Shown: positions 40,822 through 50,390 of the stretch, piece by piece
How the letters are laid out: every line of letters starts with the position of its first letter
How positions within the stretch are numbered: position 1 is the stretch's first letter
NCBI GenBank assembly: GCA_963727775.1
Contig: CAVSHB010000002.1
Span: 128,001 to 192,000, forward strand
Length of the DNA: 64,000 nt
Direction of reading: 5' to 3'
DNA from: an uncultured Nitrospiraceae bacterium
GTDB lineage: Bacteria > Nitrospirota > Thermodesulfovibrionia > Thermodesulfovibrionales > SM23-35
Position numbers and translations under genes: made by a program
Notes under the pieces: model-generated
The model's input: the letters and a program-made list of their open reading frames with translations, nothing else
Database searches by the model: none
Told to the model about the DNA's origin: nothing

Positions 40822-42198
40822 TTAGGGAGGGGTCTCCTTTTTTGAGGAATTAAGATTGTATTTCTCCCACCTGTACCAGAAGGTTTTATAGCTCATGCCC
40901 AGAAGTTTTGCGGCCTTTGCAGCAACGCCGTTTGCCTTCTGCATGGCCTTTTTCAGGAGATCTTTTTCAAGCTCCTCAATATTTATACCTTCGACCGGGA
41001 ACTCAAAATCGAGTATATCTTTTCCATGGAAAAGTCTTAACTCACCCTTAATGTCCTTTATCCCGATAGCGGAGGATTCACACATCAGAACCGCGCGTTC
41101 TATCACTGATTCGATCTGTCTTATATTGCCCGGCCAATGATATTCACTGATCTCTTTCAGCGCATTTTCTTCAATACCTTTAACTCTTTTGCCGAATTCC
41201 TCATTATATTTTCTGATGAAAAAGTTTACCAGCTCGGGGATGTCTTCTTTCCTCTCGCGCAAGGGAGGGAGTTCAATAGTAATAACCTTCAGCCTGTAAT
41301 AGAGGTCTTCTCTGAAATTCTTATTTACAATCTCCTTGTCGAGGTCTTTATTTGTCGCGGCGATTATCCTGACATTTATTTTTATGCTTTCGCGGCTACC
41401 GAGTCTCCTTATCTCTTTATCCTGAAGTACCCTGAGGAGCTTTGACTGTGTCAGCACTGGGAGGTCTCCGATTTCATCGAGAAAGATCGTACCGTTATTT
41501 GAAGCCTCGAAAAGCCCGATACTCCTTGATGCGGCGCCGGTAAAGGCTCCAGGCTCATAACCGAACAGTTCGCTTTCTATAAGGTTATCAGGGATGGCGG
41601 CACAGTTGACTGCAGTGAATGGTTTCGTGCGTCTGGGGCTGTTGTAATGTATGGCCCTGGCAGCAAGCTCTTTTCCGGTACCGCTCTCACCAAGTATGAG
41701 AACGGTGACAGAGCTTGAAGAGACTTTTTTCATAACCTCCACTGCTTCTACCATTTTTCTGGAGTGGCCGATGATGCCCTCTATCTTGAATTTGTCGAAT
41801 AATGCCTTTTGCAGTTGTAAATTTTCTTTTAAAAGTTTGGTTTTTTCGAGCGTCCTTTGAATCGTTATGAGGAGCACGTCTTTATCAAGGGGCTTAGTGA
41901 GATAATCGGACGCCCCCTTCTTTATTGCTTCTACGGCGGATGAGATAGTCCCATATGCAGTCATGACAATTACCGGAGGCTCGAATGCCTCCTTTGAAAG
42001 GGACTCAATAAATTCTATCCCGTCCATGCCTTCCATTTTGAGGTCGGTCAGGATGACATCCGGGTTGACTTCTTTTGCGATTTTAAGTCCCCCCTCGCCT
42101 GAAGAGGCAGTATAAGTTTCGTATCCTTCGTCGTCAAGTATTGTCTTGAGGATATCTCTCTGTAAGGGTTCATCATCTATAACCAGAACAACAGCCAC
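40822..42198 (-). CDS. sigma54-dependent response regulator (NtrC family)
   Basis: REC domain, GESGTGKE, ESELFG, GAFTGA, FREDLYYRL, WPGNIR, C-terminal HTH. Confidence 0.95.
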   Translation of the reverse strand: MAVVLVIDDEPLQRDILKTILDDEGYETYTASSGEGGLKIAKEVNPDVILTDLKMEGMDGIEFIESLSKEAFEPPVIVMTAYGTISSAVEAIKKGASDYLTKPLDKDVLLITIQRTLEKTKLLKENLQLQKALFDKFKIEGIIGHSRKMVEAVEVMKKVSSSSVTVLILGESGTGKELAARAIHYNSPRRTKPFTAVNCAAIPDNLIESELFGYEPGAFTGAASRSIGLFEASNNGTIFLDEIGDLPVLTQSKLLRVLQDKEIRRLGSRESIKINVRIIAATNKDLDKEIVNKNFREDLYYRLKVITIELPPLRERKEDIPELVNFFIRKYNEEFGKRVKGIEENALKEISEYHWPGNIRQIESVIERAVLMCESSAIGIKDIKGELRLFHGKDILDFEFPVEGINIEELEKDLLKKAMQKANGVAAKAAKLLGMSYKTFWYRWEKYNLNSSKKETPP

Positions 42199-42240
42199 AT
42201 TATCCCTCCTTATGATCGATTACAAATTTTATCAGAATAT

Positions 42241-43677
42241 TTAAAGGGTGTTCCGCACAATAGGCAGAGCCAATGTAACAGTGCTGCCTTTTCCTTCGAT
42301 GCTTTTAAAATCTACTTTGCCGCCGTGCTCCTCGACGACTCTTTTTGTCAAAGCAAGTCCAAGCCCGAGGCCCGTGCTTTTGGTGGAAAAGAAAGGATCG
42401 AAGAGCTTCGGCAGGTTTTCCTTCGGGATGCCGATACCGGTATCTTCAATAGTAATATACGTTTTACCGTTGGAGGCAGTTGTATGCATGGAAAGGTCTC
42501 CGCCCGCAGGCATTGCCTGGAATGCATTGAGAATGATATTGAATATACACGTCTTAATCAATTCAGGGTCAATAAATATTTTCGGAACATCGCCATGCTG
42601 AAGATGTATCTTAATCCCGTCTTTTTCGGCCTTTGCCCGGACCAGAGCTATTACATCATCAATAAGATTGCCCAAATCCGTTTCATGAAGGTTCAGTCTT
42701 AACGGTTTTCCGTAATCGAGGAAGTCGCCTACGAGTTTATTCAGCCGCTGTATCTCATGTTTAATGCTTGTAATCAGAGATTCAAACGCTTCTTTCCCCT
42801 CGACATCCGCAGGCGGATATTTCTTTTTTAAGTGGTCTATCGATAGACTGATAAAATTCAATGGGTTTCTTATTTCATGGGCGATGCTCTTCGCTAATTG
42901 CGCTATACCTGAAAGGTGCTCGGCTTCACGCAATTTCCCTTCGAGCGCACGGTCTTCCCGCAGTTTCTGGACCATGAAATTAAAACTCTGCGTCAACTCG
43001 CCGATCTCATCTTTCCTGTCCGCTGTCAGGTCAACAGTCAGATCCCCCGCTGCAACGCTTCGCGCCGCGTTTACGACGTTATGGATCGGTTTTGTATACA
43101 TCAATGACAGAAACACCGCGATGAGTATGCCGAAAGCGAAAACCAGGGAGGTCGCTATTATCCTTTTTATTGCATTCGTCTTTATTATTTCGGAAAAATC
43201 CTCTGCGTTTATCCTGAGATGAATATAGCCGTAATGCTCATTTCCCGCGACAACAGGCAGGATTACATTATAGACCTTGCCCTCTTTGGAAACAGGTTCG
43301 CCGAGTTCCGCCTTAATGATGCGTTCTTTTTTCTTGGGCGTGACTTCTTCGCCTACCCGCATCGGGTTTGTGCTCGCGATAATCTCATCGGTATTGCTGA
43401 TAATCGAGATCTCTTTTACACCTTTTGAATTTAGTTTCTTAAGGTAATTTTGAAGCCTCATCTCATCTGTGTAGCCTTTGCTCGTAACCTCTTCAACACC
43501 GACCTGTATAGCTTTTGAAAGCTCCGCCGTCTGGTTTTCGAATTCGGCCATTAAAGCCCTGTCGGACTGCGAGTATAAAAACATTAAGACCGATACAAGG
43601 ATAAGGCTGAGAAAAAGCATCATCCCGATCAGTTTTTTGTTCAGGGAGAGATTGAGTAAATAATTTCTAACGGACAT
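42241..43677 (-). CDS. Membrane sensor histidine kinase (HAMP-HisKA-HATPase)
   Basis: Two TMs, HAMP, AHEIRNPL, EDTGIG, PFFSTK, GLGLGL. Confidence 0.93.
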   Translation of the reverse strand: MSVRNYLLNLSLNKKLIGMMLFLSLILVSVLMFLYSQSDRALMAEFENQTAELSKAIQVGVEEVTSKGYTDEMRLQNYLKKLNSKGVKEISIISNTDEIIASTNPMRVGEEVTPKKKERIIKAELGEPVSKEGKVYNVILPVVAGNEHYGYIHLRINAEDFSEIIKTNAIKRIIATSLVFAFGILIAVFLSLMYTKPIHNVVNAARSVAAGDLTVDLTADRKDEIGELTQSFNFMVQKLREDRALEGKLREAEHLSGIAQLAKSIAHEIRNPLNFISLSIDHLKKKYPPADVEGKEAFESLITSIKHEIQRLNKLVGDFLDYGKPLRLNLHETDLGNLIDDVIALVRAKAEKDGIKIHLQHGDVPKIFIDPELIKTCIFNIILNAFQAMPAGGDLSMHTTASNGKTYITIEDTGIGIPKENLPKLFDPFFSTKSTGLGLGLALTKRVVEEHGGKVDFKSIEGKGSTVTLALPIVRNTL

Positions 43678-43806
43678 TAAAAGTATTTTATATGCGATAT
43701 GTATCAATTAGTCAACTCGTGAATTATTTTTATTTGATGCTCCGGTACTTCCAATAAGGGGAAACCTCAAGACACATTTGCCTTGTTTAATTACGAGTTT
43801 CATGGG

Positions 43807-44088
43807 TCAATGTATATTCCGGATAAACCGTTCTGCATTTTTTTTACTGAGGACCGCCAGAATCACGAGATCATTGCTTTCTATAGCATAGAAAACACGA
43901 TATTTGTCAATCCTGAGCCTGTAATAGTCGGACCCCTTTCCTTTAATTTTCTTAATCACCTTGCCCCTCGGGAAAGGGTTTTCCCTGAGAAGCTTGAGTG
44001 CTCGGACTATCTTTTCTCCAGCGGTGTCGCTGAATTCGTCCAGATCCCTAACTGCACGCGGAGAAAGGACTATACGGAATCTATCCAC
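43807..44088 (-). CDS. RelE/ParE-family toxin
   Basis: NPFP...KKIKG...YYRLRIDKYRVFY; overlaps the upstream antitoxin. Confidence 0.88.
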   Translation of the reverse strand: MDRFRIVLSPRAVRDLDEFSDTAGEKIVRALKLLRENPFPRGKVIKKIKGKGSDYYRLRIDKYRVFYAIESNDLVILAVLSKKNAERFIRNIH

Positions 44089-44344
44089 GCTTCTTTTCCT
44101 TTTTTAAAAGGTAATCCTCCAGAGGCACTCCGCCCTTGCTCTTATATTCGGCCATCGATTCGGCCAGCATATCCTGAAGGTCGGCACTCTTTTCAAGAAG
44201 GTAGTCCTCGAAATCCTCCTCGGATATGGCCGTAACGATCGCCCGGGGTTTGCCCTTTGAAGTGATGATCACCGCTTCTTTTTCAGCATTCCTCAAAATT
44301 TCCGATGTCTTGTTCTTAAGCTCTCTCACATTTGCAAATTTCAT
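44081..44344 (-). CDS. Phd/YefM-family antitoxin
   Basis: NVRELKNKTSEIL...VIITSKGKPRAIV, acidic C-terminus. Confidence 0.9.
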   Translation of the reverse strand: MKFANVRELKNKTSEILRNAEKEAVIITSKGKPRAIVTAISEEDFEDYLLEKSADLQDMLAESMAEYKSKGGVPLEDYLLKKEKKRG

Positions 44345-44356
44345 GCATTACCTCCA

Positions 44357-44378
44357 AGTAGCTACGTTTATAGCTACT
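44357..44378. promoter_or_regulatory. Palindromic operator of the TA operon
   Basis: AGTAGCTA-N6-TAGCTACT inverted repeat just upstream of the antitoxin SD. Confidence 0.65.
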
Positions 44379-44533
44379 ATGTCATATCTTATGGGAATTG
44401 TCAACGCGTTGACTTAAAGGCATGTTACCAAAAAACATGCATAGAAAGGAGAGGTAACAATTTAAACTGTAAACCCTGAACTCCTATCCAGTTGCACTTT
44501 GCTCTATGCTCTTTCTTTCTGGTAAAATTCCCC

Positions 44534-45436
44534 ATGTTTCTGCAGCAGCTGATCAACGGCCTTACCCTTGGCAGTGTATATGCACTAATCGCATTGGGCT
44601 ATTCAATGGTCTACGGAATCCTTGAACTGATCAATTTTGCCCATGGAGAGATTTACATGCTCGGAGCATACCTCGGCATAATCTTTCTCGGTTTTTTTAC
44701 CGCTGTCGGCCTGACTTCTTACAGTCTGCCCTTGGCATTGGTCCTCACATTTTTTCTTTCGATACTATTTTGTTCTTCATACGGGTACACAATAGAAAAA
44801 ATAGCCTATAAGCCGTTGAGGAACGCCCCGAGACTGAGCCCGCTTATAAGCGCAATCGGTGTGTCGATATTCCTGCAGAATTATGTGATGCTCACGCAGG
44901 GCGCGACAGACAAGGTTTTCCCGCAGCTCTTTGGGGTTGCGGGATTCCGGTTTATGTCCGCGAGTATGACCTACCTTCAGTTTTTTATAATACTCACGTC
45001 GGTAGTCCTGATGATCGTGCTTCACCTGTTTGTGAGAAAGACACGGATGGGGAAGGCCATGAGAGCGGTCGCGCAGGACAAGACGATGGCCTTGCTCGTG
45101 GGTATTAACATAAATACTATCATCTCATTGACGTTCATCATAGGTTCGGGTCTTGCCGCGGTGGCGGGACTTATGGTTGCCATGTACTACGGGCTTGTGA
45201 ACTATTCTATCGGTTATATAGCAGGCATAAAGGCCTTTACCGCTGCGGTCCTCGGCGGCATAGGCAGCATACGCGGGGCCATGGTCGGCGGCATTTTATT
45301 GGGGCTTGTCGAAAGCCTTGGAGGCAGCTACATATCGAGCGAATATAAGGACGCCTATGCGTTTGTTATCCTGATCATAATACTACTTATTAAGCCCGGC
45401 GGTCTTTTCGGCAAGGCGGAGCTTGAGAAGGTTTAA
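44534..45436 (+). CDS. livH: Branched-chain amino acid ABC permease LivH
   Basis: QQLINGLTLGSVYALIALG, INFAHGE, KAFTAAVLGGIG. Confidence 0.93.
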   Translation: MFLQQLINGLTLGSVYALIALGYSMVYGILELINFAHGEIYMLGAYLGIIFLGFFTAVGLTSYSLPLALVLTFFLSILFCSSYGYTIEKIAYKPLRNAPRLSPLISAIGVSIFLQNYVMLTQGATDKVFPQLFGVAGFRFMSASMTYLQFFIILTSVVLMIVLHLFVRKTRMGKAMRAVAQDKTMALLVGININTIISLTFIIGSGLAAVAGLMVAMYYGLVNYSIGYIAGIKAFTAAVLGGIGSIRGAMVGGILLGLVESLGGSYISSEYKDAYAFVILIIILLIKPGGLFGKAELEKV

Positions 45437-45444
45437 AAGTACAA

Positions 45445-46626
45445 ATGAAAAGTCACAATCCAGATAACACCCCTTTACCTGCCTTCGCCAAAAAATGGGG
45501 GGGCTTTGCAAAACCATTCATCAGTGCGCTATGGTTGTCCTTGCTCTTTCTTCCATTTAGGGGATTGAAGGCAGCTTTTCTGTTTTTCATAATTTTCTCT
45601 GTTCTTCTTATCGCTTTAAAGTTACTTTCCCCTTATAAAAAAATATTTGCGGAGGGGTTCAGGACTTTTGGTAATAAAATTTATTGTTCATTATTCATTG
45701 CCCGTTATCCGTCACTCTTTACTCGGGCTGCATTACTGCTGTTTGTCGTCATCCTGCCGTTCTTCGCGGGGGATTACTTTATCGATATTGCAATCCTCGC
45801 CGGCATTTATATAATACTTGCGCTCGGCCTGAATGTAGTAGTCGGTTTTACGGGTCTCCTGAATCTTGGTTTTGTAGCGTTCTATGCGATAGGCGCTTAC
45901 GCGTATGCACTCCTGAATACAAAATTCGGCATCGGGTTCTGGACGGCCCTTCCTTTCTCCATAGGTCTTACTACCGTGACCGGCTTTCTCCTTGCGATAC
46001 CGGCGCTTCGCCTGAAAGGAGACTATCTCGCAATCGTGACGCTGGGTTTCGGAGAAATTGTGCGGCTTGTATTGAATAATTGGGACAGCGTGACGCGCGG
46101 GCCGAACGGGATATCCGGCATCTCTCCTCCTGCCGTTTTATCTGTATCTCTCGGCAAACTTTCACATTATTATTATTTCGTCATGCTTTTTGTGCTGTTG
46201 AGTATTTTTGTGACTCAAAGGGTTTATTCTTCGAGGATAGGGAGGGCATGGGTCGCCATACGGGAAGATGAAATAGCCTCGTCGGTTATGGGTATTAATA
46301 CCACCATGTATAAACTCTATGCATTCGCTTTCGGCGCTTTCTGGGCCGGGCTGGCAGGCGCGATCTTCGCGGGTAAAATGCAGTTTGTTTCTCCTGAAAG
46401 TTTTACGTTTATGGAATCGGTATTGATATTGTGCATGGTGATCCTCGGCGGGCTCGGCAGCATCATGGGTGTTGTTTTTGGCGCTCTTATTCTGGTTTTG
46501 CTGCCGGAAGTTTTGCGTGAGATACAGCTATACAGGATGCTTGCTCTCGGGATAGGGCTTGTGCTTCTGATGGTTTTCAGGCCCCAAGGGTTATTGGGAG
46601 GGAAAAGTGTATCTCCTGGAGATTAG
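45445..46626 (+). CDS. livM: Branched-chain amino acid ABC permease LivM
   Basis: LGLNVVVG..GLLNLG, LRLKGDYLAIVTLGFGEI, AIREDE. Confidence 0.93.
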   Translation: MKSHNPDNTPLPAFAKKWGGFAKPFISALWLSLLFLPFRGLKAAFLFFIIFSVLLIALKLLSPYKKIFAEGFRTFGNKIYCSLFIARYPSLFTRAALLLFVVILPFFAGDYFIDIAILAGIYIILALGLNVVVGFTGLLNLGFVAFYAIGAYAYALLNTKFGIGFWTALPFSIGLTTVTGFLLAIPALRLKGDYLAIVTLGFGEIVRLVLNNWDSVTRGPNGISGISPPAVLSVSLGKLSHYYYFVMLFVLLSIFVTQRVYSSRIGRAWVAIREDEIASSVMGINTTMYKLYAFAFGAFWAGLAGAIFAGKMQFVSPESFTFMESVLILCMVILGGLGSIMGVVFGALILVLLPEVLREIQLYRMLALGIGLVLLMVFRPQGLLGGKSVSPGD

Positions 46627-47368
46627 AGACTTATCAATGCGCTTCGGCGGCATCAAAGCCATTGAAGGATTGACCCTCAGGGTAAAGGAAGGGGTCATAA
46701 TGAGCATCATAGGACCGAACGGCGCAGGAAAAACAACGTTCTTTAACTGTCTCACCGGTCTTGCAAAACCCGTGAAGGGAAAGATTCATTTCTATCATAC
46801 GGATGTTACCGGTCTTGCACCGTATGACATTGTACGACTCGGCATATCAAGGACATTCCAGAATATCAGACTTTTCAGAGAGATGACCGTTATGGAAAAT
46901 GTTATGGTTGCACAACACTCCAGGACGGGTTCCGGCCTTTTAGGATCGGTCCTCCGTTTTGAAAAGTTTCGGAATGAAGAGAGAGACATCAGGGAAAAGG
47001 CCATGGAATACCTGGAGTTTGTAGGCCTGGCTGATTATGCGGATGCAACATCCGGGACCCTTCCATATGGCGCACAGAGACGGCTGGAGATTGCGCGTGC
47101 CCTGGCGACCGAGCCGTCGATGATATTGCTTGATGAGCCGACCGCCGGGATGAACCCACAGGAGACATCAGAGGTTATGAACCTGATAAAAAATTTAAAG
47201 GAACTCGGCAAGACTGTCTTGCTCATAGAGCATGATATGAAAGTGGTCATGGGAATCTCCGATTGGATAGCTGTCCTTGATCACGGGGTGAAGATTGCGG
47301 AAGGGCTCCCAAGAGAAATAAAAAAAAATCCGGTCGTTATAGAGGCGTATCTCGGGAAGGAACTTTAG
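46607..47368 (+). CDS. livG: ABC ATP-binding protein LivG
   Basis: GPNGAGKT, RTFQNIRLF, LPYG, LDEP, IEHDM, EAYLG. Confidence 0.93.
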   Translation: MYLLEIRDLSMRFGGIKAIEGLTLRVKEGVIMSIIGPNGAGKTTFFNCLTGLAKPVKGKIHFYHTDVTGLAPYDIVRLGISRTFQNIRLFREMTVMENVMVAQHSRTGSGLLGSVLRFEKFRNEERDIREKAMEYLEFVGLADYADATSGTLPYGAQRRLEIARALATEPSMILLDEPTAGMNPQETSEVMNLIKNLKELGKTVLLIEHDMKVVMGISDWIAVLDHGVKIAEGLPREIKKNPVVIEAYLGKEL

Positions 47369-47392
47369 CCTTAATGATACTTCGATGCGCAT

Positions 47393-48130
47393 ATGCTTGA
47401 ACTAAGAAACGTGCACACATTCTACGGTCCTATTGAGGCGTTGAAGGGCATTGATATAGAGGTAAAACGGGGTGAGATTGTCTGTCTCATCGGGAACAAT
47501 GGCGCCGGGAAATCCACAACATTAATGACGATATCCGGAATTCTTCTTCCCCGATCAGGTGACATCCTTTTCGATGGGAAAAGTATCAAAGGACTTGCTC
47601 CATATAAGATTGTAGGAATAGGAGTCAGTCAGGTGCCTGAAGGAAGGAGGATTTTCCCAAGGCTTACAGTCAGAGAGAATCTTGAGATGGGAGCCTATTC
47701 AGTTGCCGGTTCTCGTTTTACGGCCTTCAGAAAACCAAAAACCCATGAAAAGATAAAAGAGCGTCTGGAAAAAGTGTTTGATTTATTTTCTGTTCTGAAA
47801 GAAAGACATAATCAACCTGGGGGTACCCTGAGCGGGGGAGAACAGCAGATGCTCGCAATCGGAAGGGCACTTATGTCAAATCCGGAACTCCTGCTTCTCG
47901 ATGAACCTTCCCTTGGCCTTGCCCCGATCATCGTTACGAAAATATTCAGAACTATAAAAGAGATAAACAGGGAAGGAGTTACCGTGCTTCTGGTCGAACA
48001 AAATGCAAGCGCGGCACTTAAATTATCAAGCAGGGGGTATGTACTTGAAAATGGCAGGGTTGCACTTGAAGGGAGAGGGGAAGAACTCTTGAATGATGAA
48101 CAAGTCAGGAAGGCGTATCTCGGAGAGTAG
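47393..48130 (+). CDS. livF: ABC ATP-binding protein LivF
   Basis: GNNGAGKS, VPEGRRIF, LSGGEQQM, LDEPSLGL, VEQN. Confidence 0.93.
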   Translation: MLELRNVHTFYGPIEALKGIDIEVKRGEIVCLIGNNGAGKSTTLMTISGILLPRSGDILFDGKSIKGLAPYKIVGIGVSQVPEGRRIFPRLTVRENLEMGAYSVAGSRFTAFRKPKTHEKIKERLEKVFDLFSVLKERHNQPGGTLSGGEQQMLAIGRALMSNPELLLLDEPSLGLAPIIVTKIFRTIKEINREGVTVLLVEQNASAALKLSSRGYVLENGRVALEGRGEELLNDEQVRKAYLGE

Positions 48131-48158
48131 CCTTGTGGAAATATGCTATAATTTCCAG

Positions 48159-48437
48159 ATGGAAGCCGCGCGGGCTCATTTATTCATTGACGGCGAAGTC
48201 CAGGGAGTCTTTTACAGGACCTTTACCATGGGAATTGCACATAACCTTGGCCTGAACGGATGGGTCAGAAATCTCAGAGACGGCAGAGTTGAAGCGGTCT
48301 TCGAAGGGGATAAAAGACTTATTGAGCAGGCAATTCAAGAATGCTACAGAGGTCCCTCTGGCGCAAGTGTATCAAATATAGATGTTCAATGGGAAGCCTT
48401 CTCAGGCGTTGAGAAAGGGTTCATCGTAAGATATTAA
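48159..48437 (+). CDS. acyP: Acylphosphatase
   Basis: GEVQGVFYR, GWVRNLRDGRVE. Confidence 0.92.
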   Translation: MEAARAHLFIDGEVQGVFYRTFTMGIAHNLGLNGWVRNLRDGRVEAVFEGDKRLIEQAIQECYRGPSGASVSNIDVQWEAFSGVEKGFIVRY

Positions 48438-48519
48438 TATAAGCAATGCGATATTGTTCAAGATTTGTTCCCCCCGTTAAAGCTCTTTATTTAAATGAAT
48501 TCAAGAGAGATAGAAATGA

Positions 48520-50163
48520 ATGTTAAAGGAACTCAGGATAAAGAATCTTGCCATCATTGATGACCTGAGGGTCAGGTTTGAAGGCGGACTTAATGTGCTG
48601 ACGGGCGAAACCGGGGCAGGGAAATCCATACTGGTAGATTCCCTCAACCTTGTCCTCGGAAGCCGTGCCCAGTCGGATTTAATAAGGGCAGGAGAAAAGG
48701 AAGCGGTTGTCCAGGCATATTTTGAGGTACAGGGAGTCAATACGATCCGTGATATCGGCATAGATGTGTCCAACAGTCTTATCCTCAGGAGGTCCATCTC
48801 CGCTTCAGGAAAGAGCAGGGCTTATATCAACGACACGATGGTAAGCCTGCAGAGTCTTGCGGAAGTAGGCAGGTCTCTCGTTGATATCCATGGACAGCAT
48901 GAACACCAGAGCCTGTTGTCTGTTGGCAAGCAGAGAGATTTTCTTGATTCTTTCGGTAAACTTCAAGGGGAGAAGAAAAGGCTGGAATCCCTTTATGCAG
49001 AGGCAGAAGCGCTTAAAACGGAAGAGGCCGGCTTAAGACAAAACGTGAAAGAGAGAGCGCACAGACTTGATTTGCTGAGGTTTCAGATTAATGAGATAGA
49101 CGCAGCTTCACTAAAAGACAATGAAAAAGAGCGTTTGCTCGAAGAAAGAACGATTTTATCAAATACAGGCAGGTTGAAAGAACTTGCTGAAGCGGCCTAT
49201 TCTATGATCTATGGGGCTGATGGTTCATGTATTGAAACTCTTTCATCTATAATATTAAAAGTGAGAGAGATCGTATCAATAGACCAAAGCGTCGGTGAAA
49301 CTCTGAAGACGCTTGAGGCGGGGTACCCGTTCATTGAGGATGCGGCTTTTTCCATCAGGGGGTTTAGAGATAGGTATGATGCCGAACCTGAAAGGCTTGC
49401 TGCAATCGACGACAGGATAGAATTGTTGAAAAAGCTCGAAAGGAAATATGGGGAAGGGGTTGGAAATATTACCGGATACAGGGATGAGGCCGAGAAAGAA
49501 TTGAGGGAACTTGAGCTTGCCGATGATAGGCTTGATACCCTTGAGGCTGACCTTAAGAAAAAAGAGGAAAACCTCCTCAGGTGCGCGACAGCGCTTTCCG
49601 AGCAAAGGAAAAAGGCAGCGAAAATGATGGAGGAACTCGTTATAAAGGAACTCAAAGAGCTTGCGTTCAGTAATACAGAGTTTGTTATAGATGTACGGAA
49701 GGGAATTCTTTCTTCTCACGGCCTTGATAAAGTGGAATTTTTATTTTCGGCAAATCCTGGAGAACCTCCCCGGCCTTTGGCAAAGATAGCCTCGGGAGGA
49801 GAGCTTTCAAGAGTTATGCTTGCACTAAAAAGCATACTCGCAGATTTTGACAGCGCCTCTGTCCTCGTATTCGATGAGGTCGACGCGGGAATAGGGGGAA
49901 AGACTGCGGAAAGTGTAGGTAGGAAACTAAAGACAATATCGAATAAACACCAAGTGCTCTGCGCAACACATCTGCCGCAGATAGCCTCAATGGGGGATTT
50001 TCATTTAAAGGCTGAGAAAGGGCAAAGAGATGAAAGGGCGTATGTTGAAGTAAAAGAAATTTCGGGGAAGGAACGGTTGAATGAGATTGCAAGGATGTTG
50101 AGCGGCAAGATAACAGAGGTCTCGCTCAGTCATGCGAAGGAACTCCTTGAGCGCGCCTTATGA
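48520..50163 (+). CDS. recN: DNA repair protein RecN
   Basis: TGETGAGKS, IHGQH, ASGGELSR, FDEVDAG, THLPQIA. Confidence 0.96.
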   Translation: MLKELRIKNLAIIDDLRVRFEGGLNVLTGETGAGKSILVDSLNLVLGSRAQSDLIRAGEKEAVVQAYFEVQGVNTIRDIGIDVSNSLILRRSISASGKSRAYINDTMVSLQSLAEVGRSLVDIHGQHEHQSLLSVGKQRDFLDSFGKLQGEKKRLESLYAEAEALKTEEAGLRQNVKERAHRLDLLRFQINEIDAASLKDNEKERLLEERTILSNTGRLKELAEAAYSMIYGADGSCIETLSSIILKVREIVSIDQSVGETLKTLEAGYPFIEDAAFSIRGFRDRYDAEPERLAAIDDRIELLKKLERKYGEGVGNITGYRDEAEKELRELELADDRLDTLEADLKKKEENLLRCATALSEQRKKAAKMMEELVIKELKELAFSNTEFVIDVRKGILSSHGLDKVEFLFSANPGEPPRPLAKIASGGELSRVMLALKSILADFDSASVLVFDEVDAGIGGKTAESVGRKLKTISNKHQVLCATHLPQIASMGDFHLKAEKGQRDERAYVEVKEISGKERLNEIARMLSGKITEVSLSHAKELLERAL

Positions 50164-50390
50164 AAGGGATGATTGTCATAGACAAGGAATTGTGTAAGGG
50201 CTGCACCTACTGTGTAGACGCATGTCCATTAGACGTTATTACCATTGAAGAGAAATTCAATAAGAAAGGTTTTTTCCCGGCAGCCCCTGCATATCCGGAA
50301 AAATGCACAGGTTGCGCACTTTGTGCGCAGATGTGTCCGGAAGTGGCGATAGAGGTATACAGGGCAAGCAAAAAGCACAAAGTTGGATAA
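50160..50390 (+). CDS. 2[4Fe-4S] ferredoxin (KorD/VorD delta-subunit-like)
   Basis: CKGCTYCVDACP and CTGCALCAQMCP with N.KG linker. Confidence 0.88.
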   Translation: MKGMIVIDKELCKGCTYCVDACPLDVITIEEKFNKKGFFPAAPAYPEKCTGCALCAQMCPEVAIEVYRASKKHKVG

